Part shown: one piece after another, positions 38,401 to 50,400 of the stretch
Numbering within the stretch: the stretch's first letter is position 1
How the letters are laid out: each line of letters starts with the position of its first letter
Source of the DNA: a virus
Reading direction: 5' to 3' (one strand)
DNA: 64,000 nt
Virus record (IMG/VR): IMGVR_UViG_3300002092_000025
Translations under genes and position numbers: made by a program
Notes under the pieces: generated by a model
Database searches by the model: none
Told to the model about the DNA's origin: nothing
The model's input: only the letters and a program-made list of their open reading frames with translations

Positions 38401-41400
38401 CTGATGGTTGTTATATTCCGTTTACTCCTTCAGCATTGGGAATTTATCCTAGCTTTATTCCGGAAAAATATATAGATGATACGTATGTTACTACTATTCC
38501 TGTTATACAAGGGCATGATGGAAGTATCATTGCAGCATACAATGATTATAGAGATGATTTGATTTTAGATTTAGAGACTAGAATATTCAACACACGTAGA
38601 GTTGAATATGATATATCTATGTTTAATATCCATAGTGTTATAGGAACTTATTATTTTAGAACAGACTATACTAAGACTGAGATAGATGATATAATGTTAA
38701 CTGATTTCTTGAGTTGGAATTCTATCATCGATCAAGATTTTACTAGTAATAATTCCTACATCGAAGAACAATCTTTTACTTACAATTATGGTAGAGCCAC
38801 TGCACCTAATACTACAGAACAACTAACAGGATATTGGAGATCTGTCTATAGATATTTCTATGATACTGATCGTCCTCATACACATCCTTGGGAAATGCAA
38901 GGATTTAGTATTAAACCCGATTGGTGGGATAGTGCATATGGCCTTCCTCCCTATACTAGCGATAATAAGATACTTTGGGATTCGATTGAAAACGGCATCA
39001 TACGAGATCCAAGCGGACGAAGAACTATCGTTCGATATAAGAGGATCGGACTAAGAAATTATTTGCCAGTTGATTCTGCAGGAAATTTATTAAGTCCGTT
39101 AGACAGCAATTTAGTTACGAATTTCTCCTTAGTTAACGGTAAAGGTACATATGTATTTGGTGATCAAGCACCAGCTGAAAATGCTTGGAGGCGTTCGAGC
39201 GAGTATCCGTTCTCTGTATCAGTTGTTATGTGTTTACTACGAGGATCAGAGTTTATTGGCAAGATGTGGGATAGATTTAGAATAAAAAGAAATCTAGCTA
39301 ATCAGGTATATTATACTCCAACCGGAAAAAGATTACGTACTGCTGATCTAGTTTTTTCAGACGCTGCTATAGATAATTCAAATGATCCAAATGCTTTAAG
39401 AACATATACTTCGGGTTTAGCTAATATAGTTGAAGAATATGTGTTTATACAGAAGTATATTAATATTGATACTTACAAGACATATTTGTCTGGATTAACT
39501 GCTAAACTTTCTTATAAAATTGGAGGATATACTAGCAAAGAAAAAATAAAAGTTCTTTTAGATAGTCGTAGTCCTACTTCATCATCTGGTAATATATTCT
39601 TACCAGATGAAAACTATCAAATATTTTATAACAAGAGTTTTCCTGTTAGTACTATTTCCTATAGTGGTGTTTTGATCGAGAGATTAGGATCGACTTATCC
39701 TGACTGGTTATTAAGTAAGAGATATAGGAAAGGTGATAGAGTTATCTATCAAAAAGATATCTATCGTTGTACAACAGCACATAGTAGTGATAAAATAATT
39801 ATAAATTATGAAGAGCTTACTATAGATTATGATCCTCAGTTACCGGGTGATCTTTCTACACAGCGATTTAATAAAAATATTAATTATTGGGCAAAAGAAA
39901 ATACCAATGTTGCTGGATATAAGATAAAAGGATATGATAATTCTAAAAACTATTTCGAGATTTATCCTCCTAGAATTTCCAATGCAGATCCAACTTTTAA
40001 CGTTGGTGGCATATCGGAAACATATGTTATCTGGACCGGCAATACGAGTAATTCTATTCCTATAGTTTCGGGCGATCCAACGATTAATGCTGCCTCAAGT
40101 ATTCATTATGCTAAGGGGCAAGTTGCTAAAGTAGGCGATATTTATTATAGAGCATTAGTTGGACATACAGCTTCTACTACATTTGCAAATGATATAGCTA
40201 AATGGCAAGTGCTAGGCGGACTTCCGATAGTCGGAGGCAGGACTGCTTCACGACGTACAAATTTTGAAGATACTGTATTAAGAATTCCATATGGTATTAT
40301 TTTTACAGAGTATCAAACTGTTGTAGATTTCTTATTAGGATATCAAAAGAGATTGGAAACATTGGGTTTTGTATTTGATGATTATGATACTACCCTAGGA
40401 CTTCCATTAGATTGGTTAACTAGTTCTAAAGAATTTATATTCTGGACTTTACAAAATTGGTCAGCTGGTGCCGTTATAACATTAAGCCCGTCGGCTAATA
40501 TGTTAAAATTTGTTTCTACTATGTCTGCATCTATCGATGGATTTGTTTCGGATTTCCACGATTATAGTATCTTTAAAGCAGATGGATCACAATTAAAAGC
40601 AGATCTAACAGATGTTTATAGAGAAGATAACGGATTTACTATAAAACCATCTGTAGAAACTAACGATGGTATATTTCATATTAGAACTAATTTAGTCTAT
40701 AGAGAACATGTGTTATTATTGGACAATGTTTCTATATTCAACGATATTTTATATGATGTGGTCCCAGGATATCGACAAGGGCGTGTTAAGTTACTTGGGT
40801 TTAAAACGAGCGATTGGGATGGTGGATTTACTAGTCCGGGATTCGTATATGATGAGGCTAAAGTATCTGAATGGAAACCTGATACAGATTACGGTATAGG
40901 CGATGTTGTTAGATATAAGAATTATTATTTTACAGCAGCTTCAAGAATAAATGCTAACAGTAGTTTTGCGTATGAAGATTGGACGAAATTAGCAAAAAAA
41001 CCAAAAGCCGGATTAATTCCAAATTTTGATTATAAAATTGAGCAGTTTAGAGATTTCTATAGTTTAGATGCGAGTATATATGATTCAAATCAACAAGCGT
41101 TAGCTAGACATCTAATCGGGTATCAACCTAGATCATACTTAAACAATATTATAGTTGATGATGTTTCTCAATATAAATTCTATCAGGGATTTATCAAAGA
41201 AAAAGGAACTTACAATAGTGTTTCTAAATTGTTCGATGCTTTACGTGCTAGCGGATTTAGTACTGTTGATATCAAAGAAGAATGGGCATTTAAACTAGGA
41301 GATTATGGTGCAGTAGATGGAATTTCTGAAATTGAATTTCCATTAGATGAACATGCCTTTCGTTATAATCCACAGGATATAATATTAACATCAAATCCAC

Positions 41401-44400
41401 AAGAGTTTGATGACCTATCTATCTATAATGTTACTTCTCGAATGTTAACCATTAAGCCAAGTTCTTATGATAGTAATCCATTTAAATTAGTTAAGTTAGA
41501 TTCTGAACAAAGCAATTTTGGAGTATTTAAATATAGGGTTGCAGGTTACGTAAGAGATGAAGATGTTGATCATATTCTCTTTAACGAAGCTGCACTGATG
41601 AATTATGATATTAACTATTTTAGAGAAAATGATAAGATATGGTTAGGATATACTTCTAATAATGATTGGGATGTTTTAAATTACATCAATTTGAAAATAA
41701 CAATTACTAATTGGTCTGTACAAGGAAATATAGTATCGCTAGAATGCAGTCGTATCCCCGATGTTGCTAAAAATGATATAATAACTATTTCTAATTTAGA
41801 TACTATAGACGGAACATATAAAGTACAAAAAGTCTATAATAATATAATTGAAGTCTTTACATTTAATTCAACATTGTTTCATCTCCAAGACGACAGTACA
41901 CATGGATTACTTTATAAGATGCAATCGGTTAGATTTAAGGATCTTTCAGGTGTTGCAATTAAAAATTATAACAAACCAAATATTAAAGGCGAGAAAATTT
42001 GGGTAGATAGCGACTCAAATAAACGTTGGATGGTATTAGAAAATGAAGATGTCTTTACAAAATATTCTTTACCTACGACTGTTACAAATAAGGTTGATTA
42101 CGAAAGATACGGATCGACTATTAAGATCAGTGGTGATCAAAAATGGATGTTCGTTGCAGCTACTAACCTAGTTAACAAGAATTCAAGCGGAGAAGTATTA
42201 GTAAGCGGATTAGTCTTCATCTATAGTAGACATAGTATTCTCGAAGATTGGAGTTTGTTTCAATCTATCTCTATGCCTACAGGATACCTAACAGTATTAA
42301 CTGGCTCAGAAAAATTTGGAACTAGTATTGATGCATCAGATGATGGAAAATTGGTCGTAGTTGGCGTACCTTTTGCATCTAATTTAAGAACTTATTTTAA
42401 AGGAGATTATAGTAGTATAACAAGCTATAATGCAGGAGATATCGTAAAGTATAATAGCAAACTTTGGAAATGTTTACAAACAACTATGGGTAGAATAACC
42501 AATTCAGCATACTGGCAGCAGACTATACTACAGGGTGTAAACTACTCAACTGCTCCGTCGTCTTCGTTAAACAACCAGGGTGTTGTTACTGTGTTTAGAT
42601 ATAATCCTTCGACTTCGGCATTTGAGATAGAAACTGTTATATCATCGAGCGATCCAACTGCTAACGAAAACTTTGGTAGTAAAGTCCGCATAAAATCCGA
42701 CGGTATTAATTCATGGTTAGTTGTTGGTGGCAAAGGATACAATAGCGGTGCCGGTCGGGTACAGATCTTTAAAAACAATCGTCAAATAATAAAAGCAACT
42801 AACACTAATTTTGAAGGTAATTTTATAACGGTCGATTCGACAGCAAATCTCTACGTAGGTATGCCTGTGGTATTTACTGATAATCAATTTGGTAGCCTAT
42901 CATTATATACAACATATTACATTTACTCAATTGATAGTATTAAAAATATTATAACGATAACAGCATCAGTTGGCGGTTCACAATATGTATTAACTAATGG
43001 ATCAGGTGTCGCAACTATGACAGCTGGTGGATGGACATATAGCACACAAACATTCCTAGATCTAACTCTACCAGCAGGAAGCCAATTCGGTTATGATTTA
43101 GATATGTCAGACGATTTAAAGACTATTGTAGCTTCTGCTCCTGCTTATAACGAAGGTGCTGCTTACGTATTTCAATATCAAAAAAGTAGCGATTCTTGGA
43201 TACAATCGGAAGTTATTAATGCGACCACGATAGTATCAAAATCAAATTCATCATATAATCTCGTCGGAACCAATAGTTATCTATCGGCAGCTGATCAATT
43301 TGGGTATGCTGTTTTATTAACAAATGATACGTTATTAATATCTTGTCCAAATGATGATGTTGGAAATACTGATTTAGGATCAGTTTATCATTTCGATATA
43401 CTCGATGGTTTTTATAGATTAAAGAATATTATATTACCGCCGACTACTTTAACTACTTATAAAGGAGCACAGACAGAGAGATTTGGTCTAAGATTATCTC
43501 TAAACACAACAGCTAAAGTATTAGCAGTTTCATCAGCCGGTGGTAATTTTATCGGGTTAACCTTTGATGTTCACGTTGACAGGTTAGTATTTACAGATGC
43601 TGAATTAAGGAATTACGAATTAGATCCGGTGAGTAAGCTGACCACTTATCCTACTACATTTGACGCAGACTCAACAGCATTCTATGATCTAACATCGTTT
43701 ACTGGTGCTGTTTATGTTTATAACGATTTTGAAAATAATTTCATATATGGGGATAAATTAGTACCCGACGACACATTAGTAGAAGATGATGAATTTGGTG
43801 CAGCAATCGCAGTAGCAGAAAATTATATCGCAGTTGGTACTCCGAATCATTCTGTAAACGGTCACCCTTATGGTAATGTGTATATGTTTGATTTTACATC
43901 ACCTAGTTGGAAGACCATTGCATCTCAGGATTCTGTAGTTGATGTTGATAAATTTAAGAAAGCATTTATATATAACACAGCTACAAATACGTTAGTACAA
44001 GATCTAGAATTTTATGATCCGGCTAAGGGTATGATCTCCAAGGTCGCTGAACAAGAAATCAATTATCAAACTTATCATGATCCAGCAGTTTATCAATACG
44101 GATTACATGATAGTGGAATGATAATAGATCAAAGTAATCCGTGGACAGATGAGCATGTTGGTAAAACTTGGTGGGATCTTTCTAGATTCAAATACACTTG
44201 GTATGAACAAGGTGATGCGACCTATAGAACTAATAATTGGGGACGATTATTTACAGGATCAACTATTAATGTTTACGAATGGGTAGAAACTACATATCTT
44301 CCAAGTCGTTGGGCTATATTGGCTGATACTACAGACGGATTGGCACAGGGGATAAGTGGTATTCCTAGAGAGATTGATGACTTTACATACAGTACAAAGT

Positions 44401-47400
44401 TTAAATATGATCCAATTAGTGGAACTAATACTACGATGTATTATTACTGGGTCAAGGATAAAACAACTCTTCCAAACGTACCAAATAGGAATTTAAGTTG
44501 TGCAGATCTAGCAAGATTAATATTTGATCCTAAGTCTCAGGGCAAGAGTTATATATCAATAACCGGTCAAAATAGCATGTCGTTAACTAATGTTAATAAT
44601 AAGTTAATACATTCAGATATCTCGTTAAACATGGAATTTCACGCTATCGATAATAAGGATCTTGCAATACATAGACAATATGCATTGATAGCAGCCAACG
44701 ATGCTAAATCTATAATCCCACATGTGCTTGAACAAAAATGGTTTGATAGTTTGATAGGTTATAATAGTTTGGGGTATCGTGTACCAGACCCAAATGTCAG
44801 TCAAAAACAAAAATATGGAACTCTAAATAGCCCAAGGCAATCATGGTTTGTCAATAGATATGAAGCCTTAAAACAATTATTTGAATATGTTAATACGGTG
44901 TTAGCAGCAAATCAAATAATTGACGATTTTAGCTTAACTAATCTAAAACTAGCAGATACAGTTCCAAATTTAACATCAGGATTAATCGATCAACAGATTG
45001 ACATTTTAGACGAATTGAGATTTATCGGAGTTACACGTTTACAAACCGCTCTATTATCTGTTAGAGTTGAAAACGGTAGTATAGTTAATGTAAACATCGA
45101 TGACAGGGGTTTCGGATATGGAACAAATAAAGTATACAATGCTAATTGGTGGTACGGACCAACCGTTAGTATATCCGGAACAGGTGAAGATGCTATTATA
45201 CAAACTTATGTTGATAAATTTGGTAGAGTAGCAGGAACAGATATCGTACGTAAAGGTACAAATTATGATCAATCTACTACATTAATCTCTGTTAGACCAT
45301 TTACAGTATTAGTATTAAACGATGCCGAAGCATCAAATGGTTGGAGTTTACAGCAGTGGGACACGAGCAAACTAAAATGGTTTAGGATTAAGACACAAGC
45401 GTATGACGTTACTAGATATTGGTCATATAAGGATTGGTATACTAGCGGTTATTCGATTAACTCAGATATCAATTATCAAGTAGATGGCACATATGAGTTA
45501 GGTGCATTATCGGCCGATATTGGACAGATTGTAAAAGTTCGTGATGCCGGGTATGGTAATTGGTTATTATTAGAACGTATAGCTGAAACCAATGGTCCAG
45601 ATTACACGATAGATTATAAAGTTATCGGTAAGCAAAATGCGACGATCGCATTTTCTACGGCTCTTTATAATTTGAATAGAGACATTGGCTATGATACCAA
45701 TTTTGGTTATAGCAGCAATCTATACGATCAAAATCCAACGACAGAATTACGAATCATATTACAAGCACTACGCGACGATATATTAGTTGATAATTTAAGA
45801 ATCGAATATGTTAATATTTTCTTTAATAGTGTTTATTATGTTTTAAGTGAACAGTTATATGCTGATTGGGTATTTAAGACTAGTTTCTTAAAAGTTAATC
45901 ATAATGTCGGTACTCTAAGACAACGTATAACTTTTCAAAGTGATGTATTAGAAAGTTATCAACATTTCTTAGAAGAAGCAAAACCATATAAAACTAAGAT
46001 ACGTGAATGGGTTAGTTCTTACGAGAGATTACAGCAATCGGGAAATGTTATAACTGATTTTGATTTACCATCTCATTATGATAATGCGATCGGTGCGATT
46101 GAAACAGTTAACACAAATTCTACTAATATAACAGTTTATCCTTGGAAAAATTGGTTAGATAATCACACATATCAAGTCATTAATATTGCTATAGCCGATG
46201 TAGGTAAAAATTATTATACCGCGCCTAAAGTTATTATCAGTGGCGGATTTGCAGATACTAATTCAAATCAAACTACAGTAATTTCTAGTATAGATATGAC
46301 GGCTAGTGCGACCTATGTCCAACTTGCAAGAACATCGGGAGTTACAACTAGTTCTCCTATGTCTATTAATATTCCGGGTGTTTATTCTATATGGACATTC
46401 TCACAAGGTAATCTCATACTTTCGGCAGCAGGATTGCCTTATCATGGGTTTGGAAATCCTGCAGCAGTAAACATAGCTAGAGCACAGGATTATAAATTAA
46501 CATTACCGTTACGTGCTGGAACCGATGATCCTTCTACCAGTGCTTATACAGTTAATCCAGGAGCTGCTGGGTTTTGGTTAAATGGTGTCGCAGTCTTTAA
46601 TCCATCTGCTGCAAATGGAGCTCCAAAGGGATTTGATCTTCCACCGGCTGGATTTAATTATAATGCAGCATTCGAAGCTGGACAAGAACTAGGATATAGT
46701 TTTGGAGAAGATCTAGCAGGCGGACATGCACAAGAAAACGGTGTATATCATTATCATGATTTTAGTTTTGCGGAAGCATGGCGTTATGGAAAAGGTGCAG
46801 CAACTGGATCAAATACCGCACTGGGCGTTTCGGAAGTTTCTGTTATTCCATACTTAAATGGCACACTAACACATCCAAACGGACATTCTAAAATACTTGG
46901 ATGGGCAATCGACGGATATCCTATTTACGGACCATATGGTTATACTAATGCAATTTCATCAACTAGCAAGATCAAGAGGATGAAGACTGGATATAGATTA
47001 AAGGATACTTCCTATAGATTAGGAACCGGTGCATCTAATCTTTATACATATCCTATGGGAATATTTGTACAAGATTATGAATTTGCAGAAATTGGTGACT
47101 TAGATACTCATAATGGGCGTTATTGTGTTACTCCGGATTATCCAAATGGAACATATGCTTACTTTGTTACGATAGATGTTGAAACTGATGAGAACGGTCT
47201 TTATGTCAGTGAAGCTCCGGTATATCCTTATGTCATTGGAACTACATTTTATGCAACTCCTTTACAACAGGGAGTTAATATAGTTCCGGGTAAAGGTATT
47301 GCTCCGGTTGCATTTAGCGTTATGTCTACCGATAATGTCGCAGCAACACAAAAAGAAATTAATGCAACAGCTACCGCATATATCGCCGATGGCAAGTTAT

Positions 47401-50400
47401 ATAAGATTGTTATAGATGACCCTGGTATCGGATACATAACTGCACCGATGGTACATATTAGTGGCGGAACAGCCGACGTTGCAAACGACGGTGCTAAAGC
47501 ATATGCTATCATAGGAAATGGTAAGACTAAGTCAACTACTGTTGGTATTAAATTTGATAGATATACTTTCTCATATGAAGCTAGTGACTTTAGACAAACA
47601 GATTTGTTTACTGGTGATAATAAAACAAATATCTTTAAATTATCATATGCTCCAGAAATTGAAAAAAATAAAATTAATATATCTATCGATGGCATCGAAA
47701 TATTTGGAGCACAATATACTGTATCTCTGAATAAAGTTTTACATGATACATATACCGCATTAGAAGGAACTATAACCTTTACAGATATTCCAGCAGACAA
47801 TAGTAATATACAAATAACCTATGACAAGAATATTAGCCTATATAGTGCTGCTGATAGAATTAACTATGCTTATAATAAAACCACCGGACAGCTTGGAAAA
47901 AATCTAGGTCAATTAATGACCGGGATTGATTATGGTGGAGTATCTCTAACTAGTATCGATTTTGATGTTAGTGGCGGTTGGGATGTTCTTCCGTGGGATG
48001 CAGCATCGTGGGATAATGTTTTAGATACAAATAATGATGTTGTTATTATAAGCGACGGTACTACTAGATCTTTTGATCTAGGATATATTCCAGAAGATGG
48101 TGAAGTTATTAACGTATACATCGAACGGAAAGAAACGACTATAACTAAAATTACTCGAGCACTTACAGTAGGTATGTTAGTAATACCTGTAGAATCTTTA
48201 GAGGGTATTAAAGTAGGCGATTCAATAACGATTCCGTCGATTACGTATTCTGGTATAGTTATGGCAGTAAACATTGATATTTCGACTAAGACTGTTGTAA
48301 TATCAAATCTAATTCCGCATGTAGTTTCTTTAAATAGTGATATTAGATTTACCCGTACTACAACAGTAAGAATTGATGATCCTTATTATAGTGTATATGA
48401 TGACATCACTGAACAGCCAAACGGTAGAAAAACTGCTCCCGATAATGCACAGATGGATTCGTTTGTCGGCGACGGTAGTACAAGCGTTATAACTATACCT
48501 CATACGGTGGATTTATATGGAGATATGACTCCTAATACTACATATGATACTCTTATATTCCGCAAGAGTACAAGTGATGGATCGTTATTACCAACAGATC
48601 GTAGCTTAATGGATTCTTTTGTAATCGGTGGTGATTTAGCTTATCAAACAGCCAAAGGTATCGCAGCTGATGAGATAACTATCGACGGTGATGGCTTTGT
48701 AACGACTGATACTAGTCACGGACCAGAAGAATTGATACAGGGTCAAGTTATAGATACACTTGATCTTAATGTATATCATGCTCCATCGGCAGGCGGTCCA
48801 AATGTTGTTGTTCAACATTTTGAAGGAGACGGATCTACAAAAACATATACATTAGATCAGATTCCAGGTACAGCAGATGGATTAACGGTTGTAGTTAATG
48901 GAATGTTTGTAGAATCAACGATCAACTTTATTGGAAGGACAGTAACTTTAAACCAAACCCCTGCCGATGGATCTAAAGTTTCGATAATGTCAATAGATAC
49001 TGCCGGTTATGATATTTTAGATAAGGCAGAGTTTGTAGGCGACGGCAGTACTAAAGAATTCCTAATGGCAGCTCGGTTTGCCAATGGGGATGTAACGGTA
49101 TTTGCAACAGTTGATGGTATAGTTAACCCTGTTAATATTAAAGCTAGTAATAACACATATAAAATTGTTAATGACGTTATCGTTTTATTTGATATTGCAC
49201 CGGCTATTAATTCTGTAATACAGATAATGGTATTCTCAGCTAAACCTTATGTAGTTGAGCAAAAATTCAGTGAAGTTACGAGCCAGTATATAACTGTCGT
49301 ATCAGATGTAAAAACATACACATTAAATAACCCACCTAAGATTAACGGCCCAATTAGTAGCTCTGTTTTTGTTGTTGCGTTTTCTTACTTAAAATCGTCG
49401 ATATACAAAATAGCAAGAGATTCGAATGTCGCGACTGTAACTACTACTAGTTCTCATGGATTAACTGTTGGTACAGTTGTTAATATTACAGGTATCGATT
49501 ATTATAGTGATAGTACACTTGATGGATTTAATGCAACCGAAGCAGTGATACAATCAGTTCCGTCGTTAACAACATTTACATATAATAATGTAGGAGATGA
49601 CAAATCTGAATCAACAGTTGACGGTATTGTTGTGACAAATGAACAGTTTGGTGAATTCTTAAGAGCACCAGAATGCCAGAATTTTGTATATGACGGTGTA
49701 CATAAATCGATAGCTATTAGTGAAATTAAATATTCTTTTGGTTCGTTGATTAGAGCTGATATTAATGTTTATAACAACGGTGCATTATTGATCGCAGGAC
49801 GAGATTATCAATTAGATACTTCAACTAATCTAATAACACTGACTGGTGGAAATAAAGATGATGAGATTATAGTTGAAATAGTAAAGAATAATGATTTTAT
49901 TATACAAGATAACACTATCGTATTCTCTCCTAGTTATAAAATAGATAGTATTAACCAAATAAAAGTTACTACCTTTACTAATCATAATATTCTTAAAGTT
50001 AAAAGATCTAGTAAGATTTTTAGATTTACTACAGGATATGATCTATTAACATATGATACAACAAGATATTCAACATTTACTAGTGCTATTAATACGAGTG
50101 GAGTATTGGATCTTCCTAGATCGATATCTAGTAACAGTGGATTATTTGTTGCATTTAATCGTAAGTTGTTAACTCTCGATATCGATTATACTGTTTTAGA
50201 TAATAGGAATCAGATCAAAGTTATATTACCTGATATATTAGGAAGTAATGATTATATTGATATTATAACTATGAACGATGTAACAGTAAGACCATCTTAT
50301 GGATTTAAAATATTCAAAGATATGATTAACCGTCCTCACTATAAAGTATTGGATAAGAGAAAGACCACTATATTGGCTAAACCTTTAAGATATTTTGACA

